Shown piece after piece: positions 20,067 to 29,514 of a stretch of 64,000 nucleotides of DNA. The stretch lies in assembly GCA_003134655.1 (NCBI GenBank), contig PLBY01000063.1, forward strand, positions 401-64,400. The letters are read 5' to 3'. The notes under the pieces were generated by a model. The model searched no databases. It saw only the letters and a program-made list of their open reading frames with translations, and was not told the DNA's origin. The stretch comes from Acidobacteriaceae bacterium (GTDB taxonomy: Bacteria; Acidobacteriota; Terriglobia; Terriglobales; Acidobacteriaceae). The first letter of the stretch is position 1. Each line of letters opens with the position of its first letter. A program made the translations under genes and the position numbers.

Positions 20067-21955
20067 TCTTGGATCCTCAACCTCTGGACCTGCGCAGCGA
20101 AGCCGACCGTCTGATTTCGGGAGGGTCGGCGGAGCTAGCCTCTCTGTGCCTTGCAAACCTCTGGCGCAAAGAAGCAGGCTCTGTCGCCGCAGCTTTCCTG
20201 GTGTCGCGCTTCGAACAACTGCGCGGCAAACTGCCTCTGGTGCCTTATCGCCTCGCGGTTCTACGCTCCTTCACCGTGGAGCCGGCCATTCCTTTGCTCC
20301 GCGCTGAGGCCTTTGTACGTGCCATCGATTTGATCGCGCAGTTGGGAGACTTCAACGCCTACGCGCAGGAAATCCTCGACCCGAATTCTTCTCTTTACCG
20401 TTTTGCCCCCGACGCTGTGGTTCTTGCGGCACAGACTGCGGATGTCGTGCCCGACCTGTGGCATCAGTATGCGGATCTCGCGCCGGAAGCAGTCTCCGCG
20501 GCCATACAGCGCGTCTCCAACAGCTTCGGCCAGTGGATCCGGGCATTTCGGGAGCGCAGTTCCGCCGCGCTGGTCGTGCATTCCTTTGAACTCCCCGCAC
20601 GTCCGAACATGGGACTTCTGGATGCACAGCAAGAGACCGGCCAATCCGCTGCGATCCAGCAGATCAACCAGGCACTCCGGCAGATCGCCGGGGAACATCG
20701 CGGCGTTTATGTGCTCGATTACGATCGACTCGTTGCCCGCCATGGCCGCTTGCGTTGGCATGACGAACGAAAATGGCTCATTGCCAGAATGCCCATTGCC
20801 GCCGATCACCTCGTTTACCTCTCTCGCGAATGGCTGCGTTTCCTGGTTCCGCTTTCCGGGAAAACTGCAAAAGTGCTGGTGGCCGACCTCGATAATACGC
20901 TGTGGGGAGGCGTAATCGGCGAAGATGGTATGACCGGAATCAAACTCGGCCCGGAGTACCCCGGCGCAGCCTATCAGAATGTGCAGCGGGCAATGCTGGA
21001 CCTGACGCGGCGAGGAATCCTGCTGGCCATTTGCAGCAAGAATAATCTCGAAGACGCCATCGAAGCACTGGAGAATCACCCGGGAATGTTGCTGCGGCCA
21101 AAGGATTTCGCCGCTGTGCGCATCAATTGGAGTGACAAGGCGCAGAACCTGCGCGAAATCGCCTCTGAATTAAACGTTGGAACCGATGCCCTCGCTTTTC
21201 TTGACGACAACCCCGTGGAGCGGGAACAGATTCGCAGTGCGCTCCCAGAGGTCACGATTGTCGATCTGCCCGAAGATCCGCTTGCCTACGCGGCCGCAGT
21301 CCGGGATTGCCCGGTATTCGAACGGCTTGCGCTTTCCAGCGAAGATCAACAGCGCACCACCCTGTATGCGGCGCAGCGTGAGCGCTCCCATGCGGAACAG
21401 AGCTTCCAAAGCAAGGAAGACTTCTTTCGTTACCTTGATCAGGAAGCCGAAGTCGTCCCGGTGTCACCGGCTACCCTGGCCCGGGTTGCGCAACTCACGC
21501 AAAAAACCAATCAATTCAACCTGACCACCCGGCGTTACACTGAGCAACAGATCGCCGACTTGGCCGCTCGTCCGGGATGGCAGGTCCTCTCCATCAAGGT
21601 ACGCGACCGGTTTGGCGACCACGGTTTGGTGGGTGTGGCCATTTCCCGCGACGAAGCCGAAACCTGCGAGATTGAAACCTTCCTGCTTAGTTGCCGCGTC
21701 ATTGGCAGAGCCGTGGAAACCGCGCTTCTTTCGCATCTCGCTCGGACCGCCGCGGCTCGCGGCCGCCAGCGGATCCTCGGACGATTCTTGCCCACTAAAA
21801 AGAATGCTCCGGCTCGCGAGTTCTACGCCCTGCACGGGTTTCAGCTTCTCGAGGAGAATCGGGACGGCTCAGTTTGGAGCTTGCCGTTGCAGCATCATAC
21901 AATCGCCACTCCGGATTGGATCCGGTTGAAAACTACCGAGGGAGAGCACAATTGA
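20063..21955 (+). CDS. FkbH-like HAD-IIIC phosphatase/ACP-loading enzyme with C-terminal GNAT-like domain
   Basis: KVLVADLDNTLWGGVIGEDG (HAD motif I DxDxT), ICSKNN, INWSDKAQNLREIA, FLDDNPVERE. The C-terminal LLSCRVIGR block is typical of the FkbH domain family. Confidence 0.85.
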   Translation: MILDPQPLDLRSEADRLISGGSAELASLCLANLWRKEAGSVAAAFLVSRFEQLRGKLPLVPYRLAVLRSFTVEPAIPLLRAEAFVRAIDLIAQLGDFNAYAQEILDPNSSLYRFAPDAVVLAAQTADVVPDLWHQYADLAPEAVSAAIQRVSNSFGQWIRAFRERSSAALVVHSFELPARPNMGLLDAQQETGQSAAIQQINQALRQIAGEHRGVYVLDYDRLVARHGRLRWHDERKWLIARMPIAADHLVYLSREWLRFLVPLSGKTAKVLVADLDNTLWGGVIGEDGMTGIKLGPEYPGAAYQNVQRAMLDLTRRGILLAICSKNNLEDAIEALENHPGMLLRPKDFAAVRINWSDKAQNLREIASELNVGTDALAFLDDNPVEREQIRSALPEVTIVDLPEDPLAYAAAVRDCPVFERLALSSEDQQRTTLYAAQRERSHAEQSFQSKEDFFRYLDQEAEVVPVSPATLARVAQLTQKTNQFNLTTRRYTEQQIADLAARPGWQVLSIKVRDRFGDHGLVGVAISRDEAETCEIETFLLSCRVIGRAVETALLSHLARTAAARGRQRILGRFLPTKKNAPAREFYALHGFQLLEENRDGSVWSLPLQHHTIATPDWIRLKTTEGEHN

Positions 21956-22200
21956 CGTTAACCATTCTCGAGCAGGTTCGAGGCGTAGCATCCGATCTTT
22001 TCAATGTCCCCGTGGATCGAATCAAGGCTGAGTCTTCGCCGGAAACGATCGAGGCCTGGGATTCCACTCAGCACCTCAACTTCGTCCTTGCGTTAGAAGA
22101 GAAGTTCGGCCTTCAATTGTCTCCGGAAGAAATGGAGCAGATGCGGAATGTTGACGAAGCCGCGAGGCTGGTCGAGAGCAAGCTGCAAAGTCCGCGCTAG
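21952..22200 (+). CDS. Acyl carrier protein
   Basis: 82 aa from TTG 21952, overlapping the FkbH stop (TTGA). Phosphopantetheine-site context EAWDSTQHLNFVLALEEKFG (DS motif followed by helix II). Confidence 0.75.
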   Translation: MTLTILEQVRGVASDLFNVPVDRIKAESSPETIEAWDSTQHLNFVLALEEKFGLQLSPEEMEQMRNVDEAARLVESKLQSPR

Positions 22201-22250
22201 CCGGGACGTGTCCATCTCTCGCAACGTGTTGGCCGGTTGTCACGCCCGCC

Positions 22251-23372
22251 ATGCCTATCGTCATCCAGCCATATCGTGAAGAGCATCAGCCGGCGGTGCA
22301 GGAGTTCAATCAGCGCTTGCAGTCCGGCGGCGCAGACCCTGACCTCGTATTTTTTACTTTCGCCCAGCCGCGTTGGTTGCCCCACGCTGACGGCGCAAGC
22401 CTGTACCAGGAGTATTTCGTCGCGCTGGAAAATGGCACAGTCCGTGGCGGCTACGCCCTCAAACGGCAGAACTTCTTCTTCGCCGATGGCGTCACTCGCA
22501 ACGTGGCCTACTACCACCATCCCCTTTCGGAGGGCATCGTCAACAAATCCTATGCGGCAGTAGGGAGCATGTTGCTGAAAGATGCCATGAGCCGGTCTCC
22601 CCTGCTCTACTGCCTCGGCATGGGCGGGTATGATCGCCCATTGCCCAAGATGCTCATCCGCCTGGGCTGGGCCCACTTTGCGGTCCCTTTCTATTTCAAT
22701 GTTGTGCGTCCCAATCGTTTCTTCCGGGAGATACAGGCGCTGCGAAAGTCTCCTTTCCGCAGGTTGATCCTGAATCTGGCTGCCTGGACCGGGACGGGCT
22801 GGGCTGGAGTCAAGACGATCCAGGGTCTTCGAAAGTTACGCGCACCGAAGGTGGGCTCGTTCACCGCCGAGCGAGTCGAGGGTTTTTCAGATTGGGTCGA
22901 TCCGCTGTGGGAGCAAGCAAAGAATCACTATGCGATGACCGCCGTACGAGATTGTCAGACTATGCGCACCCTGTATCCCGCAAGCGACACGCATTTTACC
23001 CGCCTGCGAGTGCGCCGGGGCGGGCAAGATATTGGCTGGGCTGTGGTCGGAGAGCGCCGGAAAGATGAAAAATACGGCGCGATGCGCGTGGGTTCGATCG
23101 TGGATTGCTGGGCTGCGCCGGAAAACGTCTTACCCGTGCTTCAAGGGGCTTCAACAACGCTGGTGGATCTGGGAGCGGATCTGATCGTCTCCAACCAAAG
23201 CCATCATCTCTGGGCTCACGCTCTTGAGCATGCCGGCTTCTTGAACTCGCCGTCCAATTTCATTTTTGCCGCCGGGAAGAGTCTAAGTGCGCTGCTGCAA
23301 CCCATTGCAGAGAGCCAATCTCGTCTCCACTTCACCCGCGCGGACGGCGACGGATTACCCCGCAACTTCTAA
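22251..23372 (+). CDS. Putative acyl/acetyltransferase (GNAT-like), assignment tentative
   Basis: 373 aa ORF directly downstream of the ACP. N-terminus IVIQPYREEHQPAVQEFNQRL resembles GNAT-type proteins found in EPS loci. No catalytic motif confidently identified. Confidence 0.45.
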   Translation: MPIVIQPYREEHQPAVQEFNQRLQSGGADPDLVFFTFAQPRWLPHADGASLYQEYFVALENGTVRGGYALKRQNFFFADGVTRNVAYYHHPLSEGIVNKSYAAVGSMLLKDAMSRSPLLYCLGMGGYDRPLPKMLIRLGWAHFAVPFYFNVVRPNRFFREIQALRKSPFRRLILNLAAWTGTGWAGVKTIQGLRKLRAPKVGSFTAERVEGFSDWVDPLWEQAKNHYAMTAVRDCQTMRTLYPASDTHFTRLRVRRGGQDIGWAVVGERRKDEKYGAMRVGSIVDCWAAPENVLPVLQGASTTLVDLGADLIVSNQSHHLWAHALEHAGFLNSPSNFIFAAGKSLSALLQPIAESQSRLHFTRADGDGLPRNF

Positions 23373-23392
23373 GTCATATCTCAAACCTTCCT

Positions 23393-24256
23393 CTACTTCT
23401 CCTGGTGGGAACTTTCTGCGGTTGGGTCGAGACCTGGCGTCGCGAGTTCGTACCCAAGGTCCCGCATCAGATGACCCCAATGCGTCTCGATATGTGCAAC
23501 GGTTTTTTCGGGTAGCACCGTTTTCCAGCCGCCAGAGGTTGCATTGCGGACAAAAGGCTTGTCCTGGCGCGTGAGCGTGGTCGCAACCCACTTTCCACTT
23601 TCTTTGCTTTCCAGCTTTCTCATATTTTCGGCGGAACTCAGCTCGACAGCCCGGGCTAGACGCTCCGGCGTGGCCTCTATCCCCAGAAACTCCGCGACGC
23701 GCGCAAGTTCCTGCTGAGGGTTGTTCTTCAGGTCTTCATAGCGCAACAGCAGGAAACCCTCATGCCCCTGCCGCGTGGCCAACCAACTGCTTACGTGATC
23801 TCCCCAGGAACCGATGCGAGGCCAGAATTGCGGGGCCATCCAGCGCGGCACGAACTCATCAATCGGGTATCCCTCTTTTACAGATCGCAGCTTGAGTTCC
23901 CAGTGATAGTTCGACACCGCGACATCCCGCGGGTCGCGCACAATGTAGATGACCTTCCGGTATCGCGGATCGAAGCATTCATGGCTCTTCATGGTGCGCG
24001 GCCGCGGAAGGTTGCGGAGCACCCGGTCGGAATGCTTGTACATGTCCGGAACCAACCGTTCCACGCTGAGGAACGTGACCTCGTCGTTCTGATGAACCAG
24101 ATTTCCAATCAAAAAGCGCGTCCATGTATTACCCGAGCGTGGATAAGAGGTAAGAAACACGTCATCCGGAAAGATTGTGATGTCCCGCTCAACTCTGAGC
24201 TTGCGAAAAAGTACGTCGCTGACACGCGAAAGGTGCTTGAGTCCCCTTTTCAGCAT
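23393..24256 (-). CDS. PAPS-dependent sulfotransferase
   Basis: 5'-PSB motif SYPRSGNTW and 3'-PB motif RDPRDVAVSNYH. Start taken at ATG 24254-24256 (MLKRGLKH); the longer track ORF would overlap the upstream gene. Confidence 0.85.
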   Translation of the reverse strand: MLKRGLKHLSRVSDVLFRKLRVERDITIFPDDVFLTSYPRSGNTWTRFLIGNLVHQNDEVTFLSVERLVPDMYKHSDRVLRNLPRPRTMKSHECFDPRYRKVIYIVRDPRDVAVSNYHWELKLRSVKEGYPIDEFVPRWMAPQFWPRIGSWGDHVSSWLATRQGHEGFLLLRYEDLKNNPQQELARVAEFLGIEATPERLARAVELSSAENMRKLESKESGKWVATTLTRQDKPFVRNATSGGWKTVLPEKTVAHIETHWGHLMRDLGYELATPGLDPTAESSHQEK

Positions 24257-24470
24257 TTCTTTGCCTCGGATTTTGGAGCCGCTCTCATGAATCGTTCGAT
24301 CCTGCTGGCGCAGGCGTGACTTTTTGATTTTAACAAGGGATGTGAAGGGGGTATCGTCACACTTATAGTTACCAAAGATTGCGTCTGGATCCCACTGCAA
24401 GGAGAGACAAGGGGCTCGCCGCGCCAATCCGGCATGAATCAATGGCAATTCCGGGCCGCTGCAGCTAATT

Positions 24471-25511
24471 CTAGGATTCCCCTGAGCCGGTTCCATCGCT
24501 CCCCGGGGATTTTCGGCGGCTCTGCAACCACCCTTGCAACCGTTGTTTTCTCGCGAACATGGCCTTGGCTTGTCCCCGCAGCGTCGAGATGAAGCCAAAG
24601 CGCGACTTGGTGAACCAGGGCACGCGGTGTGGAACACATCCGTATTTCTCTTTGTAGGTGCCTTCCCCGCCCCAATCGTAGATTTCGGCCCCGCGGTGTT
24701 TCCAGTACTTCATGGCGTACCAGTGAATGGCCTCGTTCGGGCGCAAGCTCTGGCCGGAACGAAAACTTGCATTGCCCCAGAATTCAGCAATCTTGTTGAA
24801 GCCGGGAAAGATTCCCGTGGCTATGCACTTCCCTTCGGTGTCGCGCGCTCGCACCAGCAAGACGCGGCCGGCGGGTTCGAGATTTCTAACCAGTGCCCGA
24901 ACCCGCTCGACGCTATAGGTGGGAACCAAACCTTGCTTCGCGAATACGTCCTTCAATTGTTCGTAGTATTCGTCCGCGAAATCGAGATCGTGCGCCTCCT
25001 CGATGGCGACGCCGCTCTTCTCCGCCTTGCGCACACAGCGGCGACAGGCGCTATCCATTTTGCTGAACAGTTTGTCTTCCGTTTCGGTAAGATCGCTGCG
25101 ATACGAGGCGTAGGATTCACACGTAAACCCAATTTCCTTGCCGTCGTCGACGGAAAAGAACGGATCGGACACCTCCATGTGCAGGCACTTCAACGTGTCC
25201 CATGCCGTCCGCTCGATGGCCGCCAAAGCAGCCTTGCGCGAGGCTCCCGGCACGAGATTAAATCCCATATAGGGCGTAGTCCACCCCGGAAACGAACTCC
25301 CAAGAATCCGTACCCCGAAGCGAGAAAATACGAGTCCGCTGAAATAGCCAACGGTTTCCCCGCCCTCGGCCAATTCGCAGAGGACGACCTTCGCGCGCTG
25401 GGTTTCGCGCACAAAATGAAGCCATTCACGGGTCTGGAAAATTGTGCGGTCCGCAAAACCGTCCAATCGGGCCCAGTCGGCCACTTCCGGATCGATGATC
25501 TTCGCTTTCAT
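24471..25511 (-). CDS. FemAB-family / GNAT-fold protein of the kind associated with PEP-CTERM EPS loci
   Basis: About 346 aa from MKAKIIDPEVADWARLDGFADRTIFQTREWLHFV. Overall FemAB-like layout (two GNAT-like lobes). Start could also be 25571. Confidence 0.6.
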   Translation of the reverse strand: MKAKIIDPEVADWARLDGFADRTIFQTREWLHFVRETQRAKVVLCELAEGGETVGYFSGLVFSRFGVRILGSSFPGWTTPYMGFNLVPGASRKAALAAIERTAWDTLKCLHMEVSDPFFSVDDGKEIGFTCESYASYRSDLTETEDKLFSKMDSACRRCVRKAEKSGVAIEEAHDLDFADEYYEQLKDVFAKQGLVPTYSVERVRALVRNLEPAGRVLLVRARDTEGKCIATGIFPGFNKIAEFWGNASFRSGQSLRPNEAIHWYAMKYWKHRGAEIYDWGGEGTYKEKYGCVPHRVPWFTKSRFGFISTLRGQAKAMFARKQRLQGWLQSRRKSPGSDGTGSGES

Positions 25512-25599
25512 TCCCAAGGATTCCAGATGGTGATCATTTGCGAATCGCTGTTGATTAGTTGCACTAAACAACCGTCGGATACGTACGCGGAAATCATGC

Positions 25600-26922
25600 C
25601 TACCAGCAAATCCCCTGATAGGAGGCCGCCGAACCGGGGCGGGAAGCCGAGGCCAGATTGATGAGATCGATTACGATCTGGTCGCGACCCAGGCAACGGG
25701 CAAGTTGGTCTTTATCGACCTTGGTGGCGATCACGACGACCTCACCGCTTCGAACCACATCTTCAAGGTCGGCGGACAGCAAGGAACCAATGTGGGGAAT
25801 GACTTCCTCAATATACTGGCGGTTCGAGCCAGCCAGCCGCCCGAGCGACACGTCTCGATCCCACACTCGCACCTGGCTGCCTTCCCCGAGCAGCCGTTTA
25901 ATCATCTGCACTTGCGGACTCTCTCTCAGATCGTCGGTCCCGGGCTTGAAGCTTAACCCCAGAAACGAAATCTTCTTCTTGTTTGTTCGCAAAACGGCGT
26001 CAACCGCACGATCGATATGCTGCGCGTTGCTGGGCAAAACCGACTCCAGAAGTGGCAGCCCCAGATCGAGCTCTTTCGCGCGATGACCCAACGCACGCAA
26101 GTCTTTCGGCAGGCACGATCCGCCAAACGCGAAGCCCGGCGAGAGATAGGCCGGGGAAATATTCAGTTTTGTATCAGAGGTGTAGATCTTCGTGACCGCT
26201 TCAGCGTCGACTCCAAGACTCTTGCACAGCGTCCCCATCTCGTTCGCAAAGCCGATTTTCACCGCATGGAATGCGTTACATACGTACTTCACCATCTCCG
26301 CCACGGGGATGCTGGTCTCGAAGACCGGACTGGGGATGGTGCTGTACAGTTGCCGCACCACGGCAAGATGTTTCGGGTCCTGAGCGCCTAGCACGGTGTA
26401 AGGGGGCTGAAGAAAATCAGCCACCGCGCTGCCTTCGCGCATGAATTCGGGGTTGTAGCACACAGCGAAGTCCGCGCCCGACCGGCGCCCGCTGGCCTTC
26501 TCCAACGTCGGAATGACCAACGACTCCGTAGTACCGGGCAAAACTGTACTGCGCAATACGATCACGTGATAGGAATTCTTCTGCTTGAGGGCGGAGCCAA
26601 TTTCATGGACCACCCGCTCCACGTAACCCAGATCGAGCTTCCCGCTGCGCAAACTGGGAGTACCGACACAGACGAAGGAGATCTCTGAATTGCGAACCGC
26701 GTTCACAGCATCTGTAGTGGCGTGAAGCATCCCGGCCCGATGCCCCTCTTCCACCAGTTCGCTCATGCGGGCTTCGATGATAGGACTGCGCCCCGCAGCC
26801 ATCATCTCCACTTTGGCCGGGCTAACGTCCACCCCGGTTACCTTGTGGCCCACGTGAGCGAAGCATGCGGCGGTGACTGAACCCACATAGCCCATGCCAA
26901 ACACACTAATCGACGGACCCAT
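25600..26922 (-). CDS. Nucleotide-sugar 6-dehydrogenase (UDP-glucose/GDP-mannose dehydrogenase family, AlgD-like)
   Basis: ISVFGMGYVGSVTAACFAHVGHKVTGVDV (Rossmann GxGxxG). Catalytic Cys context GFAFGGSCLPKD. ATG 26920-26922 is preceded by GAGGAG. Confidence 0.9.
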   Translation of the reverse strand: MGPSISVFGMGYVGSVTAACFAHVGHKVTGVDVSPAKVEMMAAGRSPIIEARMSELVEEGHRAGMLHATTDAVNAVRNSEISFVCVGTPSLRSGKLDLGYVERVVHEIGSALKQKNSYHVIVLRSTVLPGTTESLVIPTLEKASGRRSGADFAVCYNPEFMREGSAVADFLQPPYTVLGAQDPKHLAVVRQLYSTIPSPVFETSIPVAEMVKYVCNAFHAVKIGFANEMGTLCKSLGVDAEAVTKIYTSDTKLNISPAYLSPGFAFGGSCLPKDLRALGHRAKELDLGLPLLESVLPSNAQHIDRAVDAVLRTNKKKISFLGLSFKPGTDDLRESPQVQMIKRLLGEGSQVRVWDRDVSLGRLAGSNRQYIEEVIPHIGSLLSADLEDVVRSGEVVVIATKVDKDQLARCLGRDQIVIDLINLASASRPGSAASYQGICW

Positions 26923-27070
26923 TTTCCCGCTCCTCAATGCGCCTTATGAATGCAAGTTTCTAGTATGCCAGTTCTTCAGTAGCTTCGAAAGTGACCTAAG
27001 TTTTCGCTTCTGAACAGTCTTCTTCCACGCAGATTGGAGTATACCGGGAACTTGAGGGTAAAATCTGGAT

Positions 27071-29467
27071 GTGCCCCTCGCCGGACGAAGCCTCTGGTCT
27101 CGTTTGTCCAACATGAGTTGGGACGAACTCGAGACTCGCGTGTGCCAGGAAGTTTCCAAGCGGCTCGATGTCACCCTCTGCGGGATCGGACTGCAGCCGG
27201 GCCGGAACGGACTTCGTCTCTCCTCCAGATCTCCAGGAAATTTCTTCTTTTCAACGGATCAACTTCCCAACCGCGTTGCGCTCCTGCGGGAACATCTGCC
27301 TCGCGAGGCGGCGGAGATCGTTTCGGAAGCAAACGACATTTGCCGCCATCGTTTCCGGCTCTTGGGGTACCGGGACCTCGCATACGGCGCCGAAATCGAC
27401 TGGCATCTTGACGCGGTACACGGCTTGCGATCAACGCTGATACCGTGGTTTAAGATCAACTTTCTCGATTTTGCCCAAGTCGGCGATCACAAGATTACGT
27501 GGGAGTTGAGCCGTCATCAGCACCTGGTCATTCTCGCAAAGGCTTGGCTGCTTACCGGCGAAGAAGGCTACGCGCGGGAAATCTTCGCGCAATGGTATTC
27601 CTGGCAACGGGCCAATCCTTATCCGCTGGGAGCGAACTGGGCCAGCAGCCTCGAAGTTGCATTCCGCAGTCTGTCTTGGATTTGGCTGCAACACTTGCTT
27701 ACGGAGTGTCCTGTCGTGCCCCCCGGTTTCCAGAACGATCTTCTGCATGCGTTGGCGTTGAACGGCCGCCACATTGAGCGCTATCTTTCCACTTATTTTT
27801 CTCCCAACACGCACCTGCTGGGGGAGGCGGTCGTACTTTTCTGTATCGGAACGCTTTGTCCTCAAATTTCGTCTGCCGAAGACTGGAAGAAGAACGGCTG
27901 GGAAATCGTTCAGGAAGAAACCCTGCGGCAGGTGCGGCCCGACGGCGTATATTTCGAGCAATCGCTGTATTACCACGTCTACGCCCTCGATTTTTTCCTG
28001 TACGCTCGCTTGCTCGCATCGCGAAATGGCGTGGAGATCCCATCCGGATTCGATCTTGTCCTCCGAAAGATGCTGGCGGTGATTCAGGCTCTTGCTCAAG
28101 CCGGTCCGCCTGACGGCTTCGGCGATGATGATGGCGGAAGAGTCTTCAATTCCATACGCAATCGCGCCGAACACATGACCGATCCGCTGGCGATCGGAGC
28201 CGCGCTTTTCCACGATGACAGCCTCCGGGCCAGCGCCACCTTGACCGAGGAAGCGATCTGGTTGTTCGGCGACGAGGCGCTGTCTTCCACCACTGAACCA
28301 ACGCACTCGCGCCCCGCGATCAAATCTCAGTCCTTCCCAGATGGTGGACTCTACATTGTGGAAAGCTCCGAGCCGTTTTCTCAACAGATGGTCATTGACG
28401 CTGGGCCTCAGGGCATTGGACGGAGCGGGCATGGCCACGCCGACGCATTGAGCGTGATACTGGCCTTCGGCGGCCGCCGCTGGCTGGTCGACTCAGGAAC
28501 CTGCTGCTACATCGGTCCCGGCGGTGAGCGGGATACATTTCGCGGCACACGCGCCCACAATACGCTGGCGGTTGACGGCCTCGATCAGGCAGAGCCCGAA
28601 GGACCCTTCGCCTGGAGTTCGATTCCAAACACGCAGGCAGACTTGTGGATCCCGGGCGCCACTTTCACCCTGTTTGCCGGATCACATTCCGGATACGAAC
28701 GGCTCCCTGAATCAGTGCGGCACCGGCGTTTTGTGTTTCACATGAACGGCAGCTTCTGGCTGATCCGCGATGTCGCCGGAGGAAACGGTTCGCATCTTCT
28801 CGAAACCTTCTGGCACTTTGCCCCGAACGTCGAGGTCTCCAATTGTGGAAACGGTTTTGTCGCCGTTCCTGCACCAGGCCAAGCAGCCAATCCTGAGGGA
28901 TCGAATCATCTAACCCTACTTCCGGTCGACGATCCGCGATGGAAATCCGAACTGCTCTCGGAGCATGTTTCGCCAGCTTACGGTGAAAAGCTGAGTGCAC
29001 CCGTGGTGCGTTGCAGTGCTCGGGTCGGACTTCCGGCAGAACATAGTGTGCTGCTGATCGCCACGGTTGGCACGCTTGGCGGGATGGAAGAATCCGGTAA
29101 GTTCTTCCGCGAAGAACACCAGCACGGCGAAGGCGGCGTACCGGAAGCGGCCTACCGGTACGAGCACAGCGATGCCACGCACTGGATGATTTTTCGTCAA
29201 GTGCAGCCAGCGGTATGGAATTTTGGCCCATGGACGAGTGACGCTCGATTCCTCTATTTTCGTGTGAAGGATCGGCGAGTGGACCATGTAGTGCTTTGCG
29301 AGGGAGGTTACGCACAACTCCGCGGTGAGTCTCTCATCTCGCACGATGGCACTCTACAATGGCTGGAGTGGTCGAACCGCGAGGGCCAGCAGCAACTCGC
29401 CTGCTCCGATGAGACCGCCGGCCGTTCTTTTCGCGGGAGTGTCCTCGGCTCAGACATCGTGATTTGA
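27071..29467 (+). CDS. Heparinase II/III-like (alginate-lyase-fold N-domain + heparinase II/III C-domain) protein
   Basis: KITWELSRHQHL, NWASSLEVAFRSLSWIW (N-domain) and GRSGHGHADALS (C-domain), in the order typical for this family. Confidence 0.8.
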   Translation: MPLAGRSLWSRLSNMSWDELETRVCQEVSKRLDVTLCGIGLQPGRNGLRLSSRSPGNFFFSTDQLPNRVALLREHLPREAAEIVSEANDICRHRFRLLGYRDLAYGAEIDWHLDAVHGLRSTLIPWFKINFLDFAQVGDHKITWELSRHQHLVILAKAWLLTGEEGYAREIFAQWYSWQRANPYPLGANWASSLEVAFRSLSWIWLQHLLTECPVVPPGFQNDLLHALALNGRHIERYLSTYFSPNTHLLGEAVVLFCIGTLCPQISSAEDWKKNGWEIVQEETLRQVRPDGVYFEQSLYYHVYALDFFLYARLLASRNGVEIPSGFDLVLRKMLAVIQALAQAGPPDGFGDDDGGRVFNSIRNRAEHMTDPLAIGAALFHDDSLRASATLTEEAIWLFGDEALSSTTEPTHSRPAIKSQSFPDGGLYIVESSEPFSQQMVIDAGPQGIGRSGHGHADALSVILAFGGRRWLVDSGTCCYIGPGGERDTFRGTRAHNTLAVDGLDQAEPEGPFAWSSIPNTQADLWIPGATFTLFAGSHSGYERLPESVRHRRFVFHMNGSFWLIRDVAGGNGSHLLETFWHFAPNVEVSNCGNGFVAVPAPGQAANPEGSNHLTLLPVDDPRWKSELLSEHVSPAYGEKLSAPVVRCSARVGLPAEHSVLLIATVGTLGGMEESGKFFREEHQHGEGGVPEAAYRYEHSDATHWMIFRQVQPAVWNFGPWTSDARFLYFRVKDRRVDHVVLCEGGYAQLRGESLISHDGTLQWLEWSNREGQQQLACSDETAGRSFRGSVLGSDIVI

Positions 29468-29514
29468 AGCGTGTGACGGGCCGAATTTCGACGAAATAAA
29501 GGAAGCACAAGCAC

